Positions 28,221 to 43,245 of a stretch of DNA of 64,000 bases are shown here, piece by piece. Below the pieces are notes generated by a model. The model worked only from the letters and a program-made list of their open reading frames with translations, was not told the origin of the DNA and ran no database searches. The stretch is taken from the NCBI RefSeq assembly GCF_009914755.1, contig NC_060933.1. One strand, 5' to 3'. Source of the DNA: the human T2T-CHM13v2.0 reference genome, Homo sapiens. The first letter of the stretch is position 1. Each line of letters opens with the position of its first letter. Made by a program: the position numbers and the translations under genes.

Positions 28221-29199
28221 AAGATTCTACCTTGAAGCTGTTTTCCTGGAATGCATCTAAATGGGAGAGTCCAGTTTGAACCAGTAGAGGGCAGAATAAC
28301 ATTTAGCATTCATCACTGGAATGTGTTTGCACATGAGGTGTATCAACAGTAAGGAAACAAAATAACTCTAGATATTCATGTGTCTTAGTAAGTACATTTG
28401 GTTAATTAACATAAGGCCATGTTATGTTCATCATTAATGAACCCAGCCAAGACTTTTTTTTTTAACCAACACTCAACTGCTTAAATGCCTTGCTCATCAA
28501 AGAGACACCAGAGAACAAAGCTAAGTTATAAAAAATAAGGATGGAAAAGCTTCCAAATATCCCTTAAAAAACAATTATATTGGAAGGTCTAATGGGGTCA
28601 GATTAGATAATAAATAACAATCTAGAACTAGTATTAGGCTAATATCACTGATTTTATGCTTACCTTTTAAAACTTTATTCTGTGTTATTTATTTATTCTA
28701 GATTCCCATAAATATATTTACCACTTAAACTGAAAGACCCATAGAAGACATTTTTAAAAATTATTTCCACACTAGTTTTTCCAATTGATAAGGTGATCAG
28801 TAACATAGATTTTTGATCCAACTACTGGGAACAATTTAAAACAATCTGTTCATCAATATTGAATAAGAAAAATAAACTATCATCTCAAATATTTTGATGA
28901 GATATTTGCAAAGAAATTATATTCAGTCATAATTTCTAAGACTTCAAATTAATGAGAAACAGATATGTGCAAATGAGATCAGGCATGTTTCTTTTTAAAC
29001 AAGTGAAATTATAAACAAAAATATTCTTCTAAAAAATTAGGTAAAAGGCAGCAATGTCTACTTTCCCCTGAAATATTTAATATTGTGGTGAAATAATAAC
29101 AATGTAAAACATTATGAAACAAGCAAGAGGAATTAAAGTTATAACATGAAGACAATTTGGTCATGTAGGGTAAAAATAAGGCTCCTTTTGTTCCCTCTT

Positions 29200-30165
29200 A
29201 ATGAACATCACATCATAAATCTAGCCACTCTTGTATCCTCCTATTACCATAAATTGGTTTTTGAAGTTTCTGAACTTTCTATAAATGAAAACACATTTTA
29301 GTTTTTCTTTATATTTAGCTTTTTCACTCAATGTTATGTCTGTGAAATCATCCATACTGTTCATGTATGTTGAGTGTGTTGTTTTTTTCAAGTTTTATGA
29401 GCCATTTGGATAGTCTCTTTTGTGAAATTCCTGTTCCAATCTTTCTTTTTGGTAAGCACTTTCTCCTTTTCTTATTGATATTGATTTCTCTTTTTATTTT
29501 AGTTATTTTTATATATATCCTAGATACAACTACTTTGTTGGGTAAATGTATTGTAAATAACATCTTTCAGATTGAAGCTGATCTTTTTATTCACTTAAAG
29601 TTATTAATCTTAATGAAGACTAAGTTATCAAATTTTATTTGATGGTTACTTCACTTTTGTCCTATTTAAGGAAACACTGCTTACAGTAACCAAGTACATA
29701 AATATCATGTCATACAGATATGCTCTTATGTTTTCTTCTAGCATTTTTATATGTTTAGCTTTTGCATTTAGGTCTATGATGCATCTTTATTGTACATAGT
29801 GAGGTGGGAGTAACATGGATATTCAGTTGACACACAACATTTAAGAAAAACCTTCTAGGCTTATTGAATTGCAGTGACATATTAGTTACAAATCAGGTGA
29901 CCATAAATATGGCCTGTATTTTGGCTCTATGCTCTTCTACTGATCCACTTATTTTTTATCTTTGTCCCAGACAGACTAGCTTAGTATTACTCTTCTGGAT
30001 TTGTTCTTTTCTTTAAAACTTGTCTAGCCTAGGTCTTTTGTACTCCAGTGTAAATTTCAGAATTTTCTTGTTAATTTCCATAGAAAAATCTGTTACAATT
30101 TTATTGAGATTTTTTGAGAAATCAACATCTTAACAATATTGAAACCTCCAATCCATTAACATTGT
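29200..30165 (-). mobile_element. Old L1ME/MC 3' fragments
   Basis: Degenerate antisense L1 3' end (gccatttggatagtctcttttgtgaa, tttaggtctatgat). Confidence 0.7.
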
Positions 30166-30626
30166 ATATCCTGTCTTCTTCAATCTGTGAGAAGCTTATT
30201 CTTTGCCCTTTGAATGTTGGTCATATAGTGGTCATTGGCCAGGACATAAAGAAGCGGGCTGATGCCTATCCTTGTTTTTCTATAGCCTCATCTCTATAGA
30301 CAACATTCTGTCCACAAGTGAAGAACAAAGCCAGAAGCAAACAGGTGGAATCCTCAGGAGAGTCTTTTTGTAATAAGGAGAAAGATCTCATATTTGATTT
30401 TTACTTCTGACAGGCTCTCTGGTCCCATCCCACCTATTCCCCTACCCTACCAGCTGTGAGACCAACAAGAGAGCTGGGCTACACCCAACTTCTGTCCCCT
30501 CATACTTGTGAGAATTCCAAACCCCGCAGACCCTGGTCTACTTGGGGGAACCCGATCACAGTCCCACCTCCTAACAGCATGAAGTTTCAAGCTATGCATA
30601 CTACCTGACTCTTTCCCTTTAATCCC

Positions 30627-30657
<31 letters not shown>

Positions 30658-33600
30658 GAAAAGCAATAGCAGCAACAACAAAACCCAGTCTCTGGCAAAA
30701 TCCAGATTCAGATCTAAAGAAAATATATTAAAAAAAATTTAAAAAAACATTGTTCCAGTGCATGTGAGTAGTAAAATTTCAAACTTCATTGGTAGGCAAA
30801 TGGCACCATTGGATTGGTCTAAACATCCAATCATTGGTCAAGGGTTGATAATCTCTCCTAGGTGACCACAAAACACCTCCATATGGAGCAGATCCCTGAG
30901 AGAAGTTTTCTAATTATAACAGGAATAACTTGTTTCACAATTCCTTTATACAATCTCCTAGAGCAGTGGTTTCCACTTTGGCTTCACTTTGGAATTATCT
31001 GAAAAGTTTTAAAAACACTGATGCTGAAGCGCCTGCTTATTTTAGAATTAAAAGGAATTCTTAACAATTAAAAACAATTTTTGACAAGGGAAATGAAAAA
31101 TTAGAAAATCACCAAAATTATTTTTGAGACTAGTATAAAACTGATTATAGAAGAGGGCTGAATTAGAACAAAACAAAAAAAAAGTTACTACAGATAGAAA
31201 ATTATCTACGTATAGCTACAAGTAAAATATCAGAAAAATAATCTAGAGACAGGTTAATATTAAATCTTAATTGAGTATTGTTTTTCTAGAAATCCAAGAA
31301 TTCTAAAAAAATCTGTTACTATAACTCAGTGGATTAAGACACATGCTCAAAATAAAGAGCTATATGAAGTTCCTACCTGGAAACTCTTAATGGTGCAAAA
31401 ACATTAATTGCACTCAGACTGGAGATGTGATGTGAGAGAAAATGAGGAGTCAAGAATGACTATGTGAGAACCTATAAATGTGAACTGCAACTAACAGAAC
31501 TGGAAAAGAATAAGAGAAATCATTTTTCCCCCAGGAGATTGGTTTTGAATAACCTTACTTTGAGTTTAGGTCTAAAATGAAGGTTTCAAATGGAGAGCAC
31601 TTGGATATATAATTTTTTAACATGGGAATGACTTCCAGGCTAAACATATGCATTTGGATAAAATCAGCATGGGGGAAAGTTTAGGAAAGAGACCTATGCT
31701 AGGAGATGGGCTGTACCTTTTGCTCCACCTAGGGCATAGATCAGCACAAGATGATGCCTCTGCTTTCCTGGACTCATTCTTCCTCCCCCTATGTCCTTTC
31801 CTGGACCCATTCTTCCTGCCTCCTTTTCACTGTGAAAAACTCTATTGACTTTAAATTCTTTCCAGTTATTTTCTTTTCAATGCCATACATCATCATGGCC
31901 AAGAATCAATCAGGAAAGCTCACTATATTCCTTAGAGAAAGCTCCTGTAATCAGAAAGCCTGTGAATACAACTTTATTGATCATTTCTGTTCCTATTGCT
32001 CATTAATAAATTTTGTCCCTTTTGTCTTTTCATTGTACATATATTCGTACAATACTTGCGTATAAGTTAATAAATGAAAGGAATGAATAAAAATTTTTCA
32101 AAAGTTACGATTCAGTCATGTTTTATTCAATTATGTGTATTATATTGTTTTAGTCAATAATTTCATTGTAATAAATAATTTCATTTATACAAATTATTTA
32201 TGTTAGGCAACAATGAACTTTTACAAAATTGTAACTTGCGTTAATTTAGAAAGCAGATTATATGCCTACTGAGCTTGTACCTCTAAGGGTAGAGGTTGAA
32301 AAACGATATTAGTAGTAGGTGTGAAAAATTGTTGACTGCATTTGGCAAGTAACTTTAGAAAGATATGAGTTCAAGAAAGTATTTTTCAGTATGCAAGCAG
32401 AGAGCTAAAAGAGAATCAAGGGAATTCAGAATCCTACGAGTAGGATATAAAAACTGCTGTGTTTCCCATTCATGGCAATTCTGAATGCATGTCTTTGTTG
32501 TGATCATTCTACATTCAGACTACACAGAGTCATATCCAGCTATTATGAAGAGGACTCCATATGACCCAAAGACTCTGAGCTTTGAGCTGGATGGAATTAC
32601 TAGAAAATACTTTGGATTGGTCCCTTCAAGTTAGAATAAGCGTGCCGTACATGGGGGGCAAAGAGAAACATTAATATTTGGTGACCTGAAGGTCGATATG
32701 TAGCAAAGTCACTGCTGGTGAGCACCAAATCCAATTTATTTTCATTTTGGACACAGGGCTACACCCTGCTTTCCTTATAGTTAGCCAAGGACATATGACT
32801 AAGTTTTTACCTATACAATATGGACAGATGTCATGGCCCTCTGATGGCTTGGCTCATGTAAATTTCTCATGGGTGATTCTCTTTTCTCACTTTCCATTCT
32901 ATGGCAACCTTGGACACCACATATTGAAGAAAATGGAAAGGGCCTAGCATTTGAATGTACTTGATAGAGCCCATTCATCTCACCATTGGCCCACATAAAT
33001 CTGACATAGGAATTACATTTGGAAACTGGAATAACATGCTTTGTCTCCTAGAGATATGGTAGTCAATACCCTGAAAACCCAGGAACAATACCCCACCCTT
33101 GGATTAATCTGGATATCCATTGCCCCTGCCAAGGTGTCACCAGGGGAAGAGGTTATTGAGGACACTGCTACTCCATACTATTCTATATCTTCCCTCCTCT
33201 CTTTCTCTGCTAATGAATGCTACCCAGCACCAGAAAGGCCTTTATCTCACATTCCTATGTGATAGGAATTGTGGCTATTCCTCTTCTTCCCCTTTCCTAT
33301 GTACATTTAACTTCTCCTTCCCTAGGGAGAGGAGGGAGAGTGGGTTGGGAAAGGGAGTGAAGAGCTACCAAGGAAAAATCAGATTTCAAAGAATAGAAAA
33401 TATGTCAAGATATATTTCAAATATATTACTTCCAGTTAAAGCATAAATCCATTGGTAGAATTTATGCCTTTAAGCCAAAACTATGGGTTTTCTTCAGATC
33501 ATAAGTGAAATAAAATGACTTTACCAAATGCTAATAAGTTGTGTCTACTCTTAAAAATGACACAAAACAAGCAAATACTTCAAGTAACATGCAAATAAGC

Positions 33601-36412
33601 TACAGACGTAAATAAGTTCCTTACCTTCTGAGCTTCCTGACCTCGTTAGTCTAAGAACATCACAATGGGCTTCGAGATTATTGTCATGGGACCATTCTTA
33701 TTCATCCAAAATGCCTCCTTCTTAGAGGTCTGTTTTGGGTTCATAATCCCTACAAGTAGGAAATCTTTTCTGACTCTGTACCAAAGGACCTTTTCTCAAT
33801 ATCTTTCTTCTATAAGGTACATTCAAGCAGTTTTTTCCTTCATTTTAATTTAATCCAAGAGTGTGACTTCCTACTGAATAGAGATTTGTGGAGACCTTGC
33901 TGTTGTAACTTATTCAGCAATTGCTGGATCAGCTAAAGATAAGTTTAGAGCAAGCTGTTGGGTTAAAGGAGGCTTTCTTAGTGCAAACTTTTGCTTTAAA
34001 GAGAAAATAAGTCAATATCACGAGGTGCAAAAACATAGCTCCAAGATCTAGAATGGTGCTAGAGAAAAAAATAAGAATGTGCTTTACTCATCCATAAACG
34101 ACTATGAAAAAACCATATAGTAAAGAGGACATCAATTTCCAGGAATTGGAATTTTAATTATTTCTAAAGCTCTATCACTGTGTTTATTCTTTAAAAGAGA
34201 AACATATTAAAATTCTCATATTTACTTATTAGAAAATATGATTTTTATCCAATATTCTATCTGTTTCACCTTCACTTTTTAATAGTGGCCAGTGAAGTGG
34301 TCCCTCCACGTCGTCCCCTGGTGATACCAAAGGCAGGTGTTGTCTTCCAGTACCAACCACAGTAGAAACTAAGCTATGATAAATCTCCCTTGCTTCATGA
34401 AAATAGAAATGCTGGATACAATCCGAGTCAACTTAAATGGATAGTTAAGAATTTAAAAAAGAGAAAACGAGATATTTAGTTTCCAGAAATTAAAAGAGAA
34501 TTTTAAAATTTCATTTCTACCCTCTGTTTCCTCATCAATGTAATCACTCTTATTCCTTAACTTGCGTTTTCACTCAGCACCATTCAACATACTATGAACA
34601 AGTTTGGATGTAAATGAATATTCTTTACCTAATTAGACTGATTGACTGTATGGTATTCTGTAATACAAAGGGACCATTGCTGACTTAACCAATCCTCTAT
34701 AATAGCATATTAATTTCACTACAACTGTCTTTTGTATAAATAAGGCTTCAATAAATAAATTTGTATATATGTTTGAGCTGGCATATGGACAGTGTTTTTG
34801 TAATATAAATACCTAGGGCTGCATTTTCTGGGTCTGGTGGTTTAATAATTTTGGTAGATTTTACTAAATTAACTATAAGTGTTTTTAAATTTTATACTTC
34901 TACTGTATCTACTCTTACCCCAACCATCACCAAGTAATCTTTTTGTTGTTCATCAGATCTTTCATTTATTTGAAATGAGAGGCATATTATTTGGCATATT
35001 ATCCACTCACAGCTATTTAGGCTTCTTGTAAACTGCCTCTATATTTCTTACTCATATCTCTATCAGGTTCTTAAAATATTTGAACTTTTTATTTAAAATA
35101 TTAATACTCACATATTTTAAGGGTTTTTTTTCCATGTGATTTGAATTTTCTTTATGGCCCTTTGCTGGATAGATTATTTTTTCCATTTAATGTGTTAAAA
35201 TGTATTTCTTTTTTCCATTGTGGCCATAGTTTTCGTATTACTCAGAAAGAGCTTTCCTGTCTGAAGATTTAAAAATGTTTTACATACACATATTTCTAGT
35301 ATTTAATAGATTTGCATTTGTTTCCTACATTTTGGTATACTAGGTATAATGTTTTCTACTTATTGAGCATGCCAGGCATTGTTCTGAAGTGTTTATAATT
35401 CAATTCATCCTCGTAACCATCCAATGATTTGGGCTGTTTTTATTATACTCAAGAGCTGAATGACCTGAGGCATAGAGAAGCAGAATAACATGCTCACTTC
35501 TCAGGAGGGAGGCTTCTTTTTGTTTCCTATCTCTAATTCCTCTAGGTGTCCATCTACTGGTGAGGCCCAGTAAGAAATTTCTCCATCCAGGTTTCATCTC
35601 AACTAGCATGAGATCTCTGTGTCACAAAAGGCTTGAATATCTGCTGGTGCTATTCGCAGGGGACACAGTAGCATGATCTTTTGTCGGCAGGTAGCTATCT
35701 TCCATCAGCCCCTAAGGAAATCTGGATTCTTTCCTGTCTTCTAGTCATGACAGAGGCAAGATTCTCATACAGGCACTTGAAGATCTCATTCTTGTCCAGA
35801 TTGTAACCTTGAGCCCAGTCAAGGGAGCAAGTGGGACTGGAGCAGATTTAATACTCCAGTAGGGGTATATCTATTTCTTCAAAAACATGATTTTATTGGA
35901 TATAGGTTTCACAGCTCATTGGCTGTATATCCAGGATCTGATGACATCATATGAATTGTCTAGACATATTTATATAATGGATTATATTTTACATTTTTTC
36001 CCACGTACTGAACATCCTTAGCTTGAGCCTAAACTGTGCTGTCCTTGGACTTAGACCTGTCTGGACTTGCATCATGGTCTTAGAGTGGGTTTGTTGTTTA
36101 TCCTAAAAAGGAACCCATTCTAAGGAAGAAAAGAGTTATATCCACACCTGGTCCAGTCACAATAACTCTGCTTAGCAGTAGAAGGCCAACTTTGACAAAG
36201 CCATGGGTGTAACACTAAGGTTACCCCTTGGCTCAACCTTCATAGCTATTTACCTGAGTGTTGAGCACGAGAAGGTCATTTAGTGTTTTTTATTTTTTTT
36301 GTTTGATTTTTAATATGTCAGGCATTATTAGTAGCAGAAGACAGTACATGGCAATCTAAAAGAGATGATTTAGGGAAAAAAAATCTTTTATCTCAAACTT
36401 TGCACTCTACTC

Positions 36413-36434
36413 TGTGTGTGTGTGTGTGTGTGTG
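36413..36434. repeat. (TG)11 microsatellite
   Basis: Direct reading. Confidence 0.95.
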
Positions 36435-37929
36435 TTCAACATCACATGTTGTGTTTTGTTTTTTCAGCCACCTTCTCCCACCCTCCCCAACATACATGCC
36501 CTGAAACCCTAAGCCCTATGGCTCCCACTGCCCAGTAACCCACCTTCCCTCCCTCCCCACCACACCGTACGTGTTTTTTGTTTGTTTGGTTTTGTTTTAT
36601 TTTGTTTATGTTCAACCCCTCAGACAGTCCCAAGTGCTCCAAGGAAACTTTGTGCTAGAAATTACAGCATGAACCTACTAGTGAAGTCTCTAAAATCCCT
36701 TCTTGATGAGACTCTTAATCTTGTGTCTTCAATTACAATTCCTGCAGACTGCTGCAACATAAATGCTGAAATGTACAGAATCCTCTCTTTGCCTCTCTAA
36801 TTTGAACCCATAATAAGAACCCACTTAGCCAGAGGCATTTCAGGTACATTTTTATTATTTTAGTTATTTCTGCTCCTGATCTCTATCCCATCCACAGAGT
36901 GTATTATCTTTCTTTTCCCCCTCTACTAGGCACAAATGGGTCCTTCAAAGTATGTCTCCTCAAATCCCACCATTGAGTCTGGAAATATGCTTATTTCTTT
37001 CCAATTTCATCTAGCCTCTTTCTCGGATACTCATTCCTCCGTCTAAAGTAATGAGAGTGGATTAGGAACTATTACTTTTTTAAAAAGATCTGATACACTG
37101 AATAATACACCAGCTAAGAATTCAATTCTCAGTGCTTTCAAAATAAATTCACTTTGATCCCAAATGTTTTCATACAGATTGGTAACTGCATTGTTCATCT
37201 TAGAGTTAATTACTTAGAGTAATTAAATTTTCTCCAAGGATCTATATTTTATTTTGTGTAAGGCTTATATTGAAACATAACTTGGAATAAATTTCACTAA
37301 AACAATGTATGCTTACCTCTCTTATGTAGACTAAAGTTACATGATTTATTAGTCAACGGAATCCTGTCCTTTGTTCTATTTAAACCTCACTTCATCCTTT
37401 CCAAGAGATAAACATCTCTACCTAAATTGACTGAACAGCTTTTCACACCTCTAAGAAACTGGATTCTTTTTGCATTGAAGGCAAAATTCATAGGACTGTT
37501 ATTGTGTTATGGTCCCTTCCTGCATACTTACTACGTAACCCTAGCTACTTACCTCTAAACACTTACTACATGCTGGCTATCTTCTGCCTACTCATAATGC
37601 TTCATGTATAAAATCCAAAGAAATGAAGAAAATTGCCACCAAATCTTTATTAATAGCTAGTGGCCACCTATTTTGGACAACAAATGAGTGGCCTTTTGAC
37701 TAGAATAATGGGAAGAGTGTTATATTTTATAAAATTGTAAAATTGAGCCATTTATGCCATTGGCATGTACTGTTCTAATATTTTCATAATTTAAGTTTTT
37801 TTAAAAAGCTGAGCAAAAAACAGATCCTTTTAGAACTGCTCAAGATGGTGCTAATGGTTTCTGTATTACCTGGCAGTTGAAGATATAACCAACCATCAAC
37901 CCCGGCTGACTGGGAGGAAAGACACATCA

Positions 37930-38258
<329 letters not shown>

Positions 38259-38934
38259 CAGTTCAGGAAAGCATTGTCTAAGATGATCAGAACCATTAGT
38301 TAGAAGAGAGGCTCCCATCTGGACTTCTGCCCTACACATTATGTTCTTATTTTATTGTGCCCTTGCTATATAAGTGTAAAACCCACCATTTCACTGGAAA
38401 AAGATAAATACTTCATTTTTCACTCTAAGAAGTAGCATATCTAAATGGTCCATCCAGGAATAATGGAGAGTCTCAAAAACAAACATCAGAACTTAACTTC
38501 TTAGCATACCACACAAACAAGAAAGGTTTCATTTCTAGACAGTCTCCTCATATGTCTAATTGGCCATGACAATATGGTACTGGTATCTCCCTTCTTTCCT
38601 TTAATGCTATATTTTAAAAAGTCTGCATTCATTCAATATTTAGAGTGTCCCTGTTAAATGTTGAATAATGTGCTAAAGAGTTAAGAAGCCATGTCCTTAC
38701 TACAAAGTAGGTAATACTCTAGTTGGAAGAAAGAGAAGTAACCCATTACAGTACAATGAGGTCAGTGACATGGTAAGATTTGTGCTATGGGCAAGTAGCA
38801 AATAGGTTCAGACAAATCAGACTATAAAGGCTCTCCGTGAAGGGAAAAATTTTAAGTGAATCATGAATAACAGAAATGTTATTAACACATATAAGGGAAA
38901 GAATATGTAGCTAGCAAAAGAAACAGCTTATGAG

Positions 38935-39285
38935 CTTAGGTTTTCTGTGGCCCTAAATTGAAGCTCAGACAACAAATTCTGAGATGAGGATTCTTATGCA
39001 AGTTTATTGGAGAGAGCTATGGAATCACATTTGTGAGAAGAAAAGGCAGGACGATTAGGCAAAGGGGAAAGCTAACCTGCAGTGTAGTCACAAAATGGCC
39101 TTAGCCAATAACAGGAGGCTGGGAGGGTGGTCTGAAACTGGGAAGACTCTTCACAGGTGGAGTAAGGGGACTTCACACCCCCACGTAGACCAGTCATTGA
39201 ATACAAGCAGACCCTAGGGAGGAGTAGAAAACTTGGGCTAAATGACTTTAGCCAAAGGCAATTCCACAAATGGCCCCCAACTCTA
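38935..39285. mobile_element. Old ERVL (LTR16-like) LTR
   Basis: ctgagatgaggattcttatgcaagtttattgg...agaccagtcattgaatacaagc resembles the LTR16 family. Confidence 0.5.
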
Positions 39286-39346
39286 TTTACCAAACATTTA
39301 TACTTCTCTATAGAGGAGATCACTGGATAAGTTTGCCATTTTTCAC

Positions 39347-39470
39347 CTTGGAATGAATCCTCTGTCCTCCAGAGTTTGGTTTTGTGTCCACAACACATTC
39401 TTTGTCCAATCAGCATTGCTATCGTGGAAGTTTTGATTTCACTCAACCACACGGTATGAGGACCAGAAAC
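39347..39470 (-). ncRNA. MIR31HG: MIR31HG internal exon, 124 nt
   Basis: Minus strand: ttttgttttgttttctctaag|GTTTCTGGTCC...GGATTCATTCCAAG|gtgaaa; canonical AG/GT with a long pyrimidine tract; matches the recalled MIR31HG exon. Confidence 0.8.
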
Positions 39471-39764
39471 CTTAGAGAAAACAAAACAAAACAAAACTTG
39501 CTTTAGTCCATTTTCCTTAAAAGGCAGATATTGTCATGGGGTGCACCTAGGATATGACAGTTGCTACATACAGCTTCTTTAATAAGGAAAATGTCTGATT
39601 TGCTGCTGTGAAAAGGCAGTGATAGAAAAAAAATATATCTTCATCAACTAACTCCTATCTAGGGTGCTAACTTTTCTCCAGATGTCATAAGAAATATGAG
39701 ATCAGTAGCCTTAAAAAAACTATGCCTTCATCTCTTAAAAACTTACCAAGGCTATCAAGAAGTA

Positions 39765-39945
39765 GGGGTACGGCTTACTACGTGTAGTCACAAGACCAGC
39801 AGCAACAGCATCATGTGAGAACTGTTAGAAATGGAATTACTCAGGCCATACCACAGACCTATTGAATCAGAAACAGTGGGATGGGACCATGCAATCAGGG
39901 TTTTAACAAATCCTCCAGGTGATTCTGATTCATGTTAGAGGTGGG
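39765..39945. mobile_element. MER5A hAT fragment
   Basis: gaccagcagcaacagcatca...cagacctattgaatcagaaac...ttttaacaaatcctccaggtgattctgat. Confidence 0.8.
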
Positions 39946-39979
39946 ACTTAACTTACAGCAGGTGCCCTTTACAAGAGTT

Positions 39980-40114
39980 GTTTTTAATTTTTAAAGTAGA
40001 GATGGGATCTCACCATGTTGCTTAGGCTGATCTCACACTCCTGGGCTCAAGCAATCTGCCTGCCTTGGCCTCCCGAAGTGCTGGGATTACAGGCATGAGC
40101 TACTGCACCCAGCC
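39980..40114 (-). mobile_element. Alu left monomer (FLAM-like)
   Basis: gtagagatgggatctcaccatgttgcttaggctg...gagctactgcacccagcc. Confidence 0.88.
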
Positions 40115-42266
40115 TGTTCTTTTTTTAAATTTCAAAAATATAATAATTTTTTTTTCCTGGTTCTAAAAGGAATCCTTATTCATGGGAGAAATATTTAATC
40201 CAAAAAGTTTAAGTGAATGTAAATTCTATCCCAAAGACAGTAGTACTATGAACATTTTCATGCATTTCTTTTCATATACTTTTCATGAATGTTTTATTTG
40301 TAGAAAATATGATGATGCTGTTATTATTTTGTAACCTGCTTTTGGATTTAATGATTTGTTTAGCTCAATACATATAGATGTAACAAAAATATAACTCAGC
40401 CTGCAAATACAAATGAACCTACCCATACTCCAAGCCTTTCCATGTGCTACTAAGCCAGGAGTCCAATCTTTTAATACGTCTCTCCTTCCCAATATTCCCA
40501 AGTTTAGAACTCTGGTTTTGGAGTTTTAAAAGGGCACACATATTTAGAAGTAACAATTTTTTATTTTGTGCTAGGCATTGAGGTGGTTATACAACAGGAT
40601 ATCAACTTAATAAACCTAAATGTTTGGGAAAACATTAGTATATAAAGTATTAGTTTAAACTTCTAAATATGAGTATTATTTTCTAAACGTTTCCATTTGA
40701 CAGTTCCTCCATTCTGTTCTCAGTTCTTAAGGAAGCAATGTCAAGAGAAAGGAAAATATCTTTTCTTTAATTCAAGACTTCAGAGACCATTGTAAACTTG
40801 AATAAAGAAAGCTAGGAGAAAATTATTATTATTGTTATTATTATTTTGCAGTGATATTTCACAATGCTATTCAGGTTTGAGTTGTCAACAACACAGTGCA
40901 GGCTTTTGAGTCAGGCTGACTTGGGATAAGATCTTTGCTCTGGTATCTGCAAGCTCTGTGGCTTGCTACATTACTTTGAGCATGTTATTTCACCTTTACA
41001 GTCTTGTTCTCACTTGAGAAAAAAATAATTACAGAAGGCACTTGGTAAGGTCAATTTGAAAATTGGATAATGTGTTAAATGAAGGATTTGGTTCCAAAAA
41101 CTTCCTGGTTTAAAGAACAACAAAAAATTTTCTAGACCATGAGAAGAAAAGTAACTTATATTTGCAGTTCCTTGTGGTATTTCTCCTTCCTCCACTTCAC
41201 TACCTTTGTGTGAATTTGAAGGTAAACAGATCAACCCCTGGCTGCAATGTGAAGTCAGCAAAGACTTGCTTCTGATTGACAGCCTCTGCTTCCTTACCCT
41301 TCTTCACTATTGCAGGTGACTGTCTCACTTTCAGGATCCTATTCGGTTCCTACTCTTCCCTTTCAAACCAAGTCTAAAGTAGCAGCCATTACTCATTTGC
41401 ATTAATTAAACTGAACTGGAGTATGCTTCGTTCCTAAGTTTTTACATTTACTACTAACTTTTACCTCCAATTATGCAATGCATCTGACGTAGAACATGAC
41501 ACATGGTAGTAGAACTAGCATCAGAGTTTTGGGCTGTGGCTCTGCTCCCTTACAGTGGACGAAAGTGGGATAGCCACCAAGCCTCAACTTTAGTTTCTCT
41601 GCCCCCACGTTGTTCCGTGGTGACTTCTGAGAGTTCCTGGCTAGAAGAGCTGGAATCCCTCCATCACTGGCATCTCCCAGGAGCAGGAACCCTCTCCCTT
41701 GGCACGGGTGTGCTTCTCTCCAGCCCTCCTCCAAGCAGACATCCCAACCAGGGGCAGGCTAATTCAGTCTCCTGTTCCTTTTGACCTTCACCAGCCAGAC
41801 TCCCTCATGCATATTTCTGATAACTGTGACTCGTTAGATACATTTTAAATTATTATCTTAATATGTAATATTCACACAATTTAATATAAAAATTTTTAGA
41901 GGAGCTATAAAATCTCTCCCACCCTAATCTCCTTCTTCAGTCTTCCTTCTTCTCCTAAATACAGGTAATCATTGTAATTTATTTCTTATTCTTTATTTAT
42001 ACACAGTAAGGACAAACGTAAGTTTTATTTAACATTTTCACCCCAAATGTAGCATTTTATGTACACTGCTCTGTATCTTGCCTATTTTCAACTTTTTAAA
42101 AAGAAATACCGTCTCATTTGTTTCTCCAGCTGAATAGTGTTCCTTTATATGAATATGCCTCAACTGTCTCTAATTAGGAAAATCGAGATGGTTTCTTGAC
42201 TTTTGGTATTACTAATAGTGCTGCAGAGAATAATATTGTTTGTAAGTTATTTCACACGTGGGCAAG

Positions 42267-42583
<317 letters not shown>

Positions 42584-43042
42584 TGTGGGCAAGTATTTTT
42601 ATAGGACACATTTCCAGGCCTAGAATTTATAGATGAAAGGCTACATGCATCTGTAATAGATATCACCTAATTGCCTCCATAGTGGTTGTACTATAAATGG
42701 CATGCATGCTATTTAATTTGTATTTCTATTATCATGAGTGAGATTGAACCTCTTTTAATGTAGTTTTTTTTCTCTGCAAACTGTTCATGTCCTTTCACCA
42801 TATTTCTATTGTGTCTCCTGTAATGTAAATATTCACTGTGTAATAATATTTTCAAATCTTAAAATGCAAATTATTCCCAATATTTCTCATTGTCTCTAGC
42901 AATTTCTGGCAAATAAGCAAATCATTGCAATGGAGTTCTATGTTAAGGAAAGTATTTTTACATTAGTGGCATATTTTATTGTATCTACCCAGCCAGCCTG
43001 TATGAAAATACACCCATTTGAAGAATCAACCATATTAATGAA

Positions 43043-43048
43043 TTTATT
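43043..43048 (-). terminator. IFNE poly(A) signal
   Basis: TTTATT on + strand is AATAAA on minus, about 200 nt after the IFNE stop. Confidence 0.7.
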
Positions 43049-43245
43049 TTGACATACAAACAATTTAAAATGGATAGAATATATAAAGCCACATTACAAA
43101 ATAAAAACAATTGTGGTCAATATGCACAATCTTAAAACACAGATAAATATATATATACACAAAATCAAAGCAATGTGATTGTACTATAAATTGTATTACC
43201 ACTCTATGAAGAATCATGTCTGGAGAAGTCCTCTAGTCCCTCCAC

